DNA of 64,000 nucleotides from an uncultured Spirochaetota bacterium (lineage in GTDB: Bacteria; Spirochaetota; Spirochaetia; SZUA-6; CAVTHK01), in assembly GCA_963734495.1 (NCBI GenBank), contig CAVTHK010000013.1:60654-124653 (forward strand), in the 5' to 3' direction. The translations under genes were made by a program, and so were the position numbers. Shown one piece after another: positions 1 through 9,320 of this stretch (within the stretch, counting starts at the first letter, position 1; each line of letters starts with the position of its first letter). The notes under the pieces were generated by a model, which made no database searches, had not been told where the DNA came from, and saw nothing but the letters and a program-made list of their open reading frames with translations.

Positions 1-391
1 AAGTCGTGGAGCCCGCTGTCGACGTTGAGGCCCGCCTCGAGGGCGGCGCGCGCGGCCTCGCGCGCCGCGGCGAGGCAGCCGCCCGCCGTCGGTGGCGAGG
101 CCGATCACGAAGTGCGTCGCGGGGCGGCCCTCGGCGGCCGCGGCGCGGACCGCGTCCGCGAGCGATGCGCGCACCGGGATGCCGGCGGGCCGGCCGTCGA
201 GCAGCTCGCCGGCGTCCGCGCCGGCGCACGCGGAGTCGACGATCGAGAGCACCTCGTAGCGGCGGCTCCTGCCGCACGAGCCCGTGCGCGGTCTTGCCGT
301 AGGTGGTGGAGAAGGCGCCTTCGCAGTAGACGATCGCGCGGCCCTCGGGAAAAGCCGCGCCCGCCTGCGGGCGCGGCGGCGGCCTCTTCAT
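1..391 (-). CDS. DUF1611 domain protein; 3' end beyond the window; apparent +1 frameshift near 272-276
   Basis: Reverse-strand translation from ATG at 391 gives MKRPPPRPQAGAAFPEGRAIVYCEGAFSTTYGKTAHGLV. One base later the frame changes to ...YEVLSIVDSACAGADAGELLDGRPAGIPV..., which matches the DUF1611 N-terminal consensus (GKTAHGL...RY.EVV.VIDS). The start abuts the upstream gene's stop (TAAATG). The forward-strand ORF 25..411 in the track is the antisense artifact. Confidence 0.55.
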   Translation of the reverse strand, partial: MKRPPPRPQAGAAFPEGRAIVYCEGAFSTTYGKTAHGLVRQEPPLRGALDRRLRVRRRGRRRAARRPARRHPGARIARGRGPRRGRRGPPRDALRDRPRHRRRAAASPRRARPRAPPSRRASTSTAGSTT

Positions 392-1483
392 TTATGACCT
401 TCTTCCCGTGAGGACGACCACGTAGCGGTCCTTGGGCAGGGGCTCGCGCCGATGGCGCTCCAGGAGCGCCGCGAGCCCGGCGGTCGAGGCGGGCAGGACG
501 TGCAGGCCTTCGCGCTCGCGCAGGAACCGGGAGTAGGCGATCATCGTGCGGTCGGTGGCGTTGCCGGCCCAGCCCCCGGTCGCGCGGACCGCGGCGAGGG
601 CATGCTCGCCGTCGCTCGCGTGCCAGTTGATGAGCGGCTCGTTGACCGCGGACTCGTGGATGGCGTCGGGCCTGAGGTCCTCGCAGCTCAGCAGGTTCTT
701 GAGCGCGGCCTGCACGATGGGGTTCTTCGCCACGGAGGAGCCGGCCACCATGCGCGGCAGGCGCGAGGTGCGGCCGCGGCGGAAGAGGCTCGCGAAGCCC
801 CAGTAGATGCCGGCGAGCGTCGTCCCGTTGGACACGGGCACGGCGACGGCCGCCGGCGCGTCGCGGAGCTCGTCGTAGATCTCGTGCGCGATCTGGCCGT
901 AGGCGCGGAGCTGGATCGCGGTGTTCGCGCCTCCGGGGTTCGCGTCGTAGAGCTCGTGCTCAGCCGCGGTCCGCCGCGAGATCTCGACCGCGGTCTCGTA
1001 GTCGCCAGGCACGAGCACGACCTCGGCGTCGAGCTCGCGGATCTCCTTGAGGCGGTGGCCGTGATAGCTCTCGGGCACGTAGGCGACGCAGCGCAGCCCG
1101 GCGAGGGCCGCGGCCGAAGCCATCGCGACGCCATAGTTGCCGCAGGTCGCGAGCGTCACCGCGTCGTAGCCGCGGCGCAGCGCGTCCATCACCTGCACGC
1201 CGGCGATGCGGTCCTTCTGCGTGCCGGTCGGGTTGCCGCCTTCGAACTTGAGATAGACCTGGCTCAGCCCGAACGCGCGCTCGAAGCTGCGGGCGCGCGT
1301 GAGGCCGGTGTCGCCGATCTCGGAGTCGAAGATGCTCTCGAACGCCTCGAGCCTCTGCTCGAGCGAGAGCGCGGCGTCGGGGGCGGGGCGCAGGACGCGG
1401 GTGAGGCCTGAGGCCTCGCCGGTACTGAGGGGATCCTCGGCTGCTGATTGCGTGGCTTCTTCGGTTGCCTGTATGGCGAGCAT
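392..1483 (-). CDS. PLP-dependent fold-type II enzyme, threonine-synthase-like
   Basis: 363-aa ORF with KFEGGNPTGTQKDR, the PLP-lysine motif of the threonine synthase / TrpB-like family. The G-rich loop (GNYG) is present. Strong RBS: AGGAGGaaacATG. Confidence 0.75.
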   Translation of the reverse strand: MLAIQATEEATQSAAEDPLSTGEASGLTRVLRPAPDAALSLEQRLEAFESIFDSEIGDTGLTRARSFERAFGLSQVYLKFEGGNPTGTQKDRIAGVQVMDALRRGYDAVTLATCGNYGVAMASAAALAGLRCVAYVPESYHGHRLKEIRELDAEVVLVPGDYETAVEISRRTAAEHELYDANPGGANTAIQLRAYGQIAHEIYDELRDAPAAVAVPVSNGTTLAGIYWGFASLFRRGRTSRLPRMVAGSSVAKNPIVQAALKNLLSCEDLRPDAIHESAVNEPLINWHASDGEHALAAVRATGGWAGNATDRTMIAYSRFLREREGLHVLPASTAGLAALLERHRREPLPKDRYVVVLTGRRS

Positions 1484-1650
1484 GTTTCCTCCTGGAACTG
1501 TCGGCCCTGGCGATGCTTGTGAGGGAACACGCGTGACGTTTAGGTGGGCTGGCGCACTGGGATCAACGGTACGTTCGACTCGTCAGAGGGAACCATCTCC
1601 CCTCCCATAAAGCTGAGTATCGGGATAAAGAATAACGCACCTGCGCCGGA

Positions 1651-1731
1651 TATGCAAGCGCCAGGCGCTTTGGCCCGGCGTACTCGCCGGGGAGGGCGCG
1701 GGCCCCCGAAGGCCCGGCGTACTCGCCGGGG
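1651..1731. repeat. Two copies of a 21-nt hairpin-forming unit (GGCCCGGCGTACTCGCCGGGG) plus the palindrome AAGCGCCAGGCGCTT; terminator-like structures
   Basis: Direct repeat at about 1672-1692 and 1711-1731. Each unit is itself an inverted repeat (CCCGGCG..CGCCGGG). On the minus strand they lie 3' of the thioesterase stop (1815) and are followed by a U-rich stretch, then the AT-richer leader of the threonine-synthase-like gene. Confidence 0.5.
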
Positions 1732-1814
1732 TGCGCAGCCATGGATGGCGTAGGCGCCGGGCAAGGGGAAGAAGGCCGCCGCCCGTCCGCCTCCGCCGCG
1801 GCCGCAGGTCGGTC

Positions 1815-2562
1815 TCAGGCGCCGCGGCTGCGCGGCAACCAGACGACGCGCATGCGGCAGACTTCTCTGTTCTCGGCGAGCTCCACGATCGTGTGCCGCG
1901 ACTCCGTCCCGTCCGCGACCGTGCGCACGGCGACGGTGTGGCCGATGAGCGCCTCGGACAGGTAGGCCGCCTCGATCGTCTTGATCTCGCCCCCGGTGAG
2001 CCTGTCGGCGGGCTGGCTGTCGAGGACCCATTCGAAGTAGCGCACGTTGTTGACGTGCCCGTTGATGTCGATGTCCGAGTAGAGGACCTTCCGTTCCTGC
2101 TCCTCGCACGGGAGGCGCCGCGGCCTCGATCCGGTCCGGGAGGCCCGACACCAGCTCCCGCGGCTCGACTTCGGCCAGCGCGGGCATCACCTGCTGCGGC
2201 CGCCTCGGCCGGCGCGAGGCGACGTCGATGATGAGCCAGCCGGTGCTCGCGCGGCCGCATTCCCTGCCCGCGGCGTCGCGGATCCGGTAGTCCCGCAGCG
2301 CGTGCATGCGGCTGACGCCGACCGGCCAGGTCTCCACGAAGACCCGCTCGCCCCACGCCGGGTAGCGGTCCATCTGCAGGCGCAGCCGCGAAAGCACCCA
2401 CCCGAGCGGCCCGCCTTCGCGCGGGTCGAGGGACTGGCCCAGCGCGCTCGCGTGGTTCCACGCGGTCTCCTGCAGGTAGCGCAGCGTCGCGGCCGGCGAC
2501 AGCCGGCCCGTGGCGTCGGACTCGTAGGACCTCACGACGTACTCGTCGCACGCGGCTTGCAT
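1815..2562 (-). CDS. acyl-ACP thioesterase (FatA/FatB-like, two hotdog domains); internal frameshift near 2125
   Basis: N-terminal part (MQAACDEYVVRSYESD...YLQETAWNHASALG...WVLSRLRLQMDRYPAWGERVFVETWPVG) lies in the frame of the long ORF 1540..4599. C-terminal part (...DIDINGHVNNVRYFEWVLDS...) lies in the frame of ORF 1815..2045. The length is not a multiple of 3. Confidence 0.65.
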
Positions 2563-2661
2563 GGCTCCAAGGTTACCAGTGCCGCCGCCGGCGCGCCAAG
2601 CCGCGTGCCGCCCTGCTCTCGCTTTACTCCCATCGGCCGGAAGACCTATCCTGTCCTTCCG

Positions 2662-3606
2662 ATGACGCCCTCCCCCGTCGGCCGGCGCACCGCCGGAATG
2701 CTCCTCGTCGCCCTGTCCGCTGCCTCGTTCGGCGCGATGCCGATCTTCGCCCGCTTCGCCTATGCCGACGGGGTCTCGCCGGTGACGCTCCTCGCCTTCC
2801 GCTTTACCCTGGCTTCCGCCGCGATGCTCGTCCTGCAGCGGGTTCGGCGGCGGCCGATGCCGCGAGGCGCCCGCCTCGTGGGCCTGGTGCTGATGGGAGC
2901 CGTCGGCTACGTCGGCCAGTCCCTCTGCTACTTCACGGCGCTGCTTCACGCCTCGGCGAGCATGGTCGCGCTGCTGCTCTACCTGTATCCCGCCCTCGTG
3001 GCCCTTCTCGCGGCCGCCTGCCTCGGCGAGCGGCTCGCCCCGCCGCGCCTGGCCGCTCTCGGCCTCGCGCTCGCAGGCACGGTCCTGATCGTGCGGATCG
3101 GCGGGTCGACCGACGCGGCAGGGATCCTGCTCGGCATCGGGGCGGCGGTGATCTACTCCGTCTACATCATCGCGGGCACGCGCCTGGTGCCGGCGGGCGG
3201 CGCCACCGAAGCTTCGACCGTGGTGATCGCTTCGGCCGCCGTCGTCTACCTCGCCGTCGCGGGTGTCTCGGGCCCGCGCCTGCCCGCCACGGCGGCCGGC
3301 TACCTGGCGATCGGGGCCATCGCGATCGTGTCCACGGTCGTGGCGATCGTCGCGTTCTTCGCCGGCCTCGATCGCATCGGCCCGACGGCCGCGTCCACGC
3401 TCTCGACGCTGGAGCCGGTGATCACCGTGTCCCTGGCGGCCGCGGTCCTCGGCGAGAAGCTCGCAGCGGCGCAGGCTGCCGGCGGCGTGCTCGTCCTGGC
3501 CGCCGTGCTCCTCCTTGCCCGCGCCAGTGGGCTTGAGCGGGCCTCCGGCCGGTCCGGCGCCGAGGCCGCCGTGACAGCCGGGCCGCGCGGCGGTGCCCGG
3601 AAGTAG
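2662..3606 (+). CDS. EamA/DMT-family transporter (10 TM)
   Basis: Internal ATG of ORF 2302..3606. Hydrophobic 315-aa protein with the duplicated EamA architecture. Divergent from the thioesterase. Confidence 0.7.
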   Translation: MTPSPVGRRTAGMLLVALSAASFGAMPIFARFAYADGVSPVTLLAFRFTLASAAMLVLQRVRRRPMPRGARLVGLVLMGAVGYVGQSLCYFTALLHASASMVALLLYLYPALVALLAAACLGERLAPPRLAALGLALAGTVLIVRIGGSTDAAGILLGIGAAVIYSVYIIAGTRLVPAGGATEASTVVIASAAVVYLAVAGVSGPRLPATAAGYLAIGAIAIVSTVVAIVAFFAGLDRIGPTAASTLSTLEPVITVSLAAAVLGEKLAAAQAAGGVLVLAAVLLLARASGLERASGRSGAEAAVTAGPRGGARK

Positions 3607-3681
3607 CGGCCGCGGCGCGCGAGCCGCGCGAGCGCGCGGGTGACAGCCGGGTCGCCTTTTTGGTACCTTTATCGTCATAGA

Positions 3682-4845
3682 ATGGGCGGAATCGAGCTCA
3701 GACACGTCAGCAAGTCCTTCGGGAAGGTCCGCGCGCTCAGCGACCTGACTCTCACGGTCGATGAGCGCGAGTTCCTCACCGTCCTCGGACCCTCCGGGTG
3801 CGGCAAGACAACGACGCTTCGCTGCCTCGCCGGCCTGGAGATGCCCGACAGCGGCGAAATCTGGATCGATGACCGCTGCGTCTACTCCAGCGACAAGGGG
3901 ATCGACGTCGCGCCGAGAGACCGGCGGGTTGGGCTGGTGTTCCAGAACTACGCGCTTTACCCGCACATGAACGTGTTCAAAAACGTGTCGTTCGGGCTGC
4001 GCAACCAGCACGTCCCCAAGCCCGAGATCCTCAGGCGCGTCCGAGAGGTCCTCGAGATGGTCGGCCTGGTGGGCCTCGAGGAGCGCCGGCCCCGCGAGCT
4101 GAGCGGCGGCCAGCAGCAGCGGGTCGCCGTGGCACGCATGGTCGTGAGCCGGCCGGGCATCTTCCTCTTCGACGAGCCTCTCTCGAACCTGGACGTCAAG
4201 CTGCGCGTCGCGCTGCGGGCGGAGCTCAAGCACATGCACGACCGCCTCGGCGTGACGTCGATCTACGTGACCCACGACCAGCAGGAGGCGATGAGCCTCT
4301 CGGACCGCATCGTGGTGATGAACTACGGCGCCATCGAGCAGATCGGGACCCCGAAGGAGATCTACAGCTTTCCGGGGACGCTGTTCGTCGCGCAATTCAC
4401 GGGCAATCCCCGGACCAACCTGGTGGAGGGCTCGATGCGCCGCGTCGGCGGCGAGACGGCGGTCATGCCGCGGCTCAACAGCCGGGTGCTCGTGCCCATC
4501 GACGGGGAGCCGCGGATCGAGCACGGCCGCGACGTGATCCTGAACGTCAGGCCCGAGGACGTGATCCTCGACCTCTTCCCGGGGCCCCAGGATCTTCACT
4601 TCCAGGTGTACGCCTACCTCGATTCAGGCGCCGACGCCCTGATCTACCTGCGGTCGGCCGACAACAGCCAGGTGGTCCTCAGGGCGCGCAGCGCCGAGCA
4701 CCAGGGCCTGGAGATTGGACGCGAGGTGGGCGTGCGCTTCCGCAGGGGGAACCTCTTCGACGCCGACACGCAGCAGCTCCTGGACTCCTTTGGCTACGCG
4801 CAGGCGCTCGACGGCCCCGCGGACCGGACCCGGCTCACGGGCTGA
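3682..4845 (+). CDS. ABC transporter ATP-binding protein, MalK/UgpC-like, with C-terminal TOBE domain
   Basis: Walker A GPSGCGKTT, signature LSGGQQQRVAVAR, Walker B IFLFDEPLSNLD, H-loop. Start placed at MGGIELRHVSKSF (alternative start at 3640). No permease or binding-protein gene is adjacent. Confidence 0.8.
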   Translation: MGGIELRHVSKSFGKVRALSDLTLTVDEREFLTVLGPSGCGKTTTLRCLAGLEMPDSGEIWIDDRCVYSSDKGIDVAPRDRRVGLVFQNYALYPHMNVFKNVSFGLRNQHVPKPEILRRVREVLEMVGLVGLEERRPRELSGGQQQRVAVARMVVSRPGIFLFDEPLSNLDVKLRVALRAELKHMHDRLGVTSIYVTHDQQEAMSLSDRIVVMNYGAIEQIGTPKEIYSFPGTLFVAQFTGNPRTNLVEGSMRRVGGETAVMPRLNSRVLVPIDGEPRIEHGRDVILNVRPEDVILDLFPGPQDLHFQVYAYLDSGADALIYLRSADNSQVVLRARSAEHQGLEIGREVGVRFRRGNLFDADTQQLLDSFGYAQALDGPADRTRLTG

Positions 4846-4935
4846 GCCAGGCGGCGCGGGCCGGTCGAAACCGGCTTTTCTGTACAAAGCGCGCGGCTCC
4901 GGCTAAAATCCCTCGATCGACCCGGGAGGTGGGAC

Positions 4936-5814
4936 ATGAGCATCGTTTCCTGCCGCGAGATGCTGCTGGCCGCCACGGCGGAGCGATACGCCGTGGGCGC
5001 CTTCAACGTGACCAACATCATCCAGATGGAGGCCGTCGTCGAGGCGGCCGTGCAGAAGAGGGCGCCGCTGATCCTGCAGACCTCGGTCAGCCCCGCGCGT
5101 TTCCTCGGCCTCGAAGTGATCGTGGCGGCCTACAGGGCGATCGCGTCGGGCGCGCCCGTGCCGATCGCGCTGCACCTCGACCACTGCGCCGACGTCGTGT
5201 TCTGCAAGCGCTGCGTCGACGCGGGCTACACGAACATCATGATGGACGGCTCGCAGCTCGATTTCGAAGGCAACGTGCGCGTCACCAAAGAGGTCGCGGA
5301 CTACGCCCACCGCCGCGAAGGGATCTCGGTGGAGGGCGAGCTCGGCACCGTCTCCGGCGTCGAGGACCAGGTCAAGGTGGCCGAGGACGAGAGCAAGCTC
5401 TGCGACCCAGCCAAGGCCGGCGAGTACGTCGAGCGCACGGGCATCGACCTGTTCGCGCCCGCGATCGGCACGGCCCACGGGGTCTACAAGACGGAGAACC
5501 CGAAGATCGACTTCGACCGCCTGGGGAAGATCGCGGGCGATCTCAACGGCCGCGGCGCCCGCGTTCCGCTGGTTGTGCACGGGGGAACCGGGCTCAAGCC
5601 CGAGGTGGTGCGCAAGCTCGTGAGCCTCGGCGGCTCCAAGTTCAACGTGTCCACGGAGCTCAAGCACGTGCTCATCGACACGACCTGGCAGTACCTCTCG
5701 ACGCACCGCGACGAGTACGACCCGGGCAAGGTCGACCGCGCCGCGCGCGAGGCGACCATCAAGGCCGTCGGCGCCTGGATCGACCTGCTGGGCAGCGCCG
5801 GCAAGGCCGTGTAG
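4936..5814 (+). CDS. class II fructose/tagatose-bisphosphate aldolase family
   Basis: Motifs HLDHC, VMMDGS-like (IMMDGS) and VEGELG...VHGGTG characteristic of the class II FBA / KbaY / GatY family. RBS: GGGAGGTGGGACATG. Confidence 0.8.
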   Translation: MSIVSCREMLLAATAERYAVGAFNVTNIIQMEAVVEAAVQKRAPLILQTSVSPARFLGLEVIVAAYRAIASGAPVPIALHLDHCADVVFCKRCVDAGYTNIMMDGSQLDFEGNVRVTKEVADYAHRREGISVEGELGTVSGVEDQVKVAEDESKLCDPAKAGEYVERTGIDLFAPAIGTAHGVYKTENPKIDFDRLGKIAGDLNGRGARVPLVVHGGTGLKPEVVRKLVSLGGSKFNVSTELKHVLIDTTWQYLSTHRDEYDPGKVDRAAREATIKAVGAWIDLLGSAGKAV

Positions 5815-5823
5815 AGCGCCGCC

Positions 5824-6741
5824 GTGGGACGATTTGCGTCGCGCCTCTCGGGAGTGTTCGCTCCGGTCGTCACGCCCTTCCGCGGGGACGAGCTCGACCT
5901 CGAAGGCCTGCGCGCCAACCTGCGCGCGCTCCGCTCGTCGCCGCTCGCGGGCTGCTTCGCCCTCGGCTCCAACGCAGAGGCGCGCAGCCTCGCCTGGGAC
6001 GAGCACCTGCGGGTCATGGAGGTCTTCGCGGCCGAAGTCGCCGACCGGGTGGTGATGGTCGGCGCGGGCTGCGAATCGACGCGCGAGACGATCGCCCGCG
6101 CCCGCGAGATCGGCCGCATGGGGTTCGCGTTCGCGAGCGTCATCACGCCGGCGTACTTCGCGTCGCGCATGAACGACGAAGCGCTCGAGGCCCACTATCG
6201 GCTGGTGGCCGACTCTTCGCCGGTGCCGATCCTCATCTACAACGCGCCGGGCTTCGCGGGAGGCGTCAACGTGTCCGCCGCCGTCGTGCGCAGGCTCGCG
6301 GGCCACGGCAACGTCGCCGGCGTCAAGGACTCGGCCCCCGCGGGGCCGGGCCGCTATCTCGCCGCGCTGGACAGGGACGCCGACTTCTGCGTCCTCGCCG
6401 GGTCGGTGGCCTTCTTCTACCCCTCTCTGGTCCTGGGGGCGACGGGCGGCGTCCTCTCGCTCGCGAACTCGCTTCCGGCCGAGTGCGCCAGTCTCCATGA
6501 CCTGGCGCGCGCGGGGCGCCACGCCGAAGCGCGCACCCTGCACGAACGCCTGGTGCGCCTCAACGGGGTCTCCTCGGACCGCTACGGCGTGGCCGGGGTC
6601 AAGGCGCTGATGGACCTCGTCGGCTTCGTCGGGGGCGACCCGCGGCGGCCTCTGGTGCCGCTCACGGCGGACCAGAGGGCCGAGATGGCGAAAGCGCTGG
6701 AGCGCGAGGGCGTGGTGCTCGCAGGGGGGAAACGACCGTGA
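5824..6741 (+). CDS. DapA / N-acetylneuraminate-lyase family (class I aldolase, Schiff-base lysine GVKDS)
   Basis: ...VVTPF...GSNAEARSL...IYNAPG...GVKDS... are typical of the DHDPS/NAL family. GTG start. Confidence 0.7.
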   Translation: MGRFASRLSGVFAPVVTPFRGDELDLEGLRANLRALRSSPLAGCFALGSNAEARSLAWDEHLRVMEVFAAEVADRVVMVGAGCESTRETIARAREIGRMGFAFASVITPAYFASRMNDEALEAHYRLVADSSPVPILIYNAPGFAGGVNVSAAVVRRLAGHGNVAGVKDSAPAGPGRYLAALDRDADFCVLAGSVAFFYPSLVLGATGGVLSLANSLPAECASLHDLARAGRHAEARTLHERLVRLNGVSSDRYGVAGVKALMDLVGFVGGDPRRPLVPLTADQRAEMAKALEREGVVLAGGKRP

Positions 6742-6767
6742 GCGGCGGGACGAGGCGGGCCGATGGC

Positions 6768-8138
6768 ATGACGATCCTGGCGGTGGACATCGGAACGACC
6801 GCCATGAAGATGGGGGTCTATCGCGCAACCGATGCCGGCGCGGTGCAGGCTGCGGCCCCGCAGGGGGGGCTCGAGCTCGCCGCATCCTGGTCGCAGGACT
6901 ACGCGATCAACACCTACAACGACGGGACGTTCGGCGACATCGAGCCGGAGAAATGGCGCGACGCCATGACGCGGGGCTGCCGCGAGCTCGCGGAGTGGAT
7001 GCCGTCAATCGACGCCGTCTCGCTCTCCGGCACGACGCCCGGGCTCACGGCCATGGACGACGGGGGCGAAGCGCTGGTGCCCGCGATTCTCATGCTGGAC
7101 CAGAGATCGCGCTCCCAGGCGGCGGAGATCATCTCGCGCGTCGGGCTGGAGCGGCTTCTGGAGAAGACCGCGAACATGCCCGTGGCCGGCGGGTGCTCGC
7201 TCGCGAGCATCCTGTGGATCCGCGACAACGCGCCGGAAGCCTACGACAAGGCGGCCTGCTTCGGCCATTCGAACACTTTCGTGGCCCGCTGGCTCACCGG
7301 ATCCTTCGCCATCGATCCTTCGTCGGCGTCGCTCACGGCCCTCTACAACACGGCGGCCAACGACCTGACCTGGAACACCGACATCGCCTCCGAGTTCGGG
7401 CTCGAGCCCGGGAAGCTGCCGCGCCTGCTCGCGTCCTCTGAGAGCGCGGGGCGTGTGCTCGCGCCGGTGGCCCGCGAGCTGGGGCTCGCCCGGCGGCCGC
7501 CGGTGATCATCGGGGGAAACGACGCGGTCCTCGCGGCCTATTCGGCGGGCTGCAACGAGCCTGGCCAGGTGATCAACGTCAACGGCACCTGCGAGATCAC
7601 GCTCGTGTGCCTGCCGAAGTGCTACCCGTCGCGCAACTACAACATCCGGGCCCACGCGCTGCCCGGCCGCTGGCTCACGCTTTACGTCATGAACGCCGGC
7701 GGGATAGCGCTCGAGTGGTTCCGCGGGGTCTTCTGCAGGGACATGAGCGAGAGGCAGTTCTTTGACGACTTTCTCGCGCGCGCCATCGACCGGTGGCTCG
7801 ACCGCGAGAGCTCGGTGCGCTACGTGCCCTTCCTCCTCGGCTCGCGCTACTCGCTGGAGCCGCTCCGCGCCGATTTCACCGGGATGGGCCAGGAGACCAC
7901 GCGCGAGGAGCTCGCGGCCGCCCTGGTGAGGGGCCTCGCGGAGTACCAGAGGGAGCACCTCAAGGAGATCTCGCTCGAGGTGCCGCTCGCGCCGGTCATC
8001 ACGGTCACGGGCGGCGCCGTGGACCCGGCTATGGTGCGGGCCAAGGAGCGCTGGATGCGCGCCTGCGACTACGTGTACGTCGATCAGTCGTCGCTGCGGG
8101 GCGCGGCGATGCTTGCCCGGGAGCACCTCTCGCGCTGA
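6768..8138 (+). CDS. FGGY-family carbohydrate kinase
   Basis: N-terminal ILAVDIGTT, plus GGNDAVLAAY and the C-terminal FGGY domain. Start may be the overlapping GTG at 6738. Confidence 0.75.
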   Translation: MTILAVDIGTTAMKMGVYRATDAGAVQAAAPQGGLELAASWSQDYAINTYNDGTFGDIEPEKWRDAMTRGCRELAEWMPSIDAVSLSGTTPGLTAMDDGGEALVPAILMLDQRSRSQAAEIISRVGLERLLEKTANMPVAGGCSLASILWIRDNAPEAYDKAACFGHSNTFVARWLTGSFAIDPSSASLTALYNTAANDLTWNTDIASEFGLEPGKLPRLLASSESAGRVLAPVARELGLARRPPVIIGGNDAVLAAYSAGCNEPGQVINVNGTCEITLVCLPKCYPSRNYNIRAHALPGRWLTLYVMNAGGIALEWFRGVFCRDMSERQFFDDFLARAIDRWLDRESSVRYVPFLLGSRYSLEPLRADFTGMGQETTREELAAALVRGLAEYQREHLKEISLEVPLAPVITVTGGAVDPAMVRAKERWMRACDYVYVDQSSLRGAAMLAREHLSR

Positions 8139-8166
8139 CGCGCTTGTCGGGGCTGCGCGCGGACGA

Positions 8167-9297
8167 TCACCGCGCGGCCGGCGTCGCCCCGGCGGGGCGC
8201 GGCAGCGGGCAGGCCCCTTCGGCCTCGAGCAGCTCGACGATCCAGGCCACCCGCTCGATCAGCGAATCGGGCATCACGTTGTCGGCCACTCCCAGGATGA
8301 AGGCCTCCCCCGGCGCAACCACCTCCAGCACGCGGCGCACGTACGCGCGGAAGCTCTCTTCCGGCCACGACGGCGAGAGGATCACCGAAGGGATGCCGCC
8401 CCAGAGGATGACTCTGTCCCCGAAGGCGCGGCGCGTCTGCTCGAGGGTCAGCGGAACCATCGGCGCCGTCACGAAGCACTCGAGCACGTCCCAGCCCGCC
8501 CGCCGCACCAGCGGCAGCAGCAGCGAGAGATCGGCGTCGGCATGCATCGCGAGGACCTTGCCCGCGCCGTGCAGGCGCGGCGCGAAGTCCTCGTAGTACG
8601 GGAGGATCCAGCGCTCGAAAAGCGGCGGCGGCGTCATCTGCGACGAGATGTGCGATCCGTGGTTCACGAAGCGCGCGGGAGAGCTCTCGATCGCGGGCCA
8701 GAGCCGCTCGCGGTGGATCCGGTCGGCCACGCCGACGAGGCTCTCGACGAGCTGCGGCTCGTCCGCGATGTGGTAGTAGGCGTGCTCGTAGCCTGCCAGC
8801 TTCTGCAGGAATGTGTGGAACGGCACGTCGCCCACCGTCACCAGCGGCAACCCGCGATCGGCAATTGCGCGGTCGTAGCGCTCGTACTCCCGCGGGCAAG
8901 GGGCCCACGACGTCGCTTCGAGAACGTATTCCCAGGTCCGGTAGTCCTGAGGCGACTTGAGCGGGTACTCCTCGACCAGGCTCGCCATGCCCGCCTGCGC
9001 CACGAGCATGGGCTTGCGGACGACGGTGCGGGCGGTGCCGACGGGCGTGCGGTACTCCGTGACCGTGCGGTCCCCGGCGACGCGCTGCACGACCTCCACG
9101 CCGTCGTAGATCTCGTCAAAGACCTTCGCGCCTCGCGCGGGCGCGACGACCCCGAGAGCGTCCTCCACTTCCGCGAGCTTCATGCCGCGGAAGCGGGCCG
9201 GCAGCGAGCCCGACGCCGCCCGCCCCGCGAGCCACAGCTCGAGCCTCGGCGAAAAGGGGACCCGGTCCGGCAGCCGTCGCTCGAGAACGGCCAGCAT
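8167..9297 (-). CDS. uroporphyrinogen-decarboxylase (URO-D)-like family protein, not in a heme context
   Basis: Internal ATG (MLAVLERRLPDRVPFSP...) of ORF 8167..9624. URO-D / MtaA-like TIM-barrel family signature region. Confidence 0.6.
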   Translation of the reverse strand: MLAVLERRLPDRVPFSPRLELWLAGRAASGSLPARFRGMKLAEVEDALGVVAPARGAKVFDEIYDGVEVVQRVAGDRTVTEYRTPVGTARTVVRKPMLVAQAGMASLVEEYPLKSPQDYRTWEYVLEATSWAPCPREYERYDRAIADRGLPLVTVGDVPFHTFLQKLAGYEHAYYHIADEPQLVESLVGVADRIHRERLWPAIESSPARFVNHGSHISSQMTPPPLFERWILPYYEDFAPRLHGAGKVLAMHADADLSLLLPLVRRAGWDVLECFVTAPMVPLTLEQTRRAFGDRVILWGGIPSVILSPSWPEESFRAYVRRVLEVVAPGEAFILGVADNVMPDSLIERVAWIVELLEAEGACPLPRPAGATPAAR

Positions 9298-9320
9298 GCG
9301 CTCCCTGCGGGTCAGCACGG

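Noticed and set aside
1560-1600. CUGACGAG...GAAC motif resembling a hammerhead ribozyme core in the threonine-synthase-like gene leader.
   Set aside because: No stem II can form between CUGACGA and GAA (only 3 nt intervene), and flanking helices I/III are not evident.
2031-2045. Apparent extra frameshift at the HVNNVRYFEW motif of the acyl-ACP thioesterase when reading the printed sequence.
   Set aside because: The provided ORF translations (1731..2231 plus strand; 1815..2045 minus strand) are mutually consistent and imply a continuous motif. The discrepancy was a position-reading slip on my side, not a feature.
1540-4599. 1019-aa ORF on the minus strand, and similar giants at 16710..20363 (1217 aa) and 35178..37421 (747 aa).
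   Set aside because: These are Arg/Ala/Pro/Gly-rich low-complexity translations that overlap well-supported genes on the other strand or in another frame. They are the usual spurious long ORFs of about 70% GC DNA. Only short segments inside them (thioesterase N-terminus, GlgX pieces, the membrane-protein N-terminus) are real.
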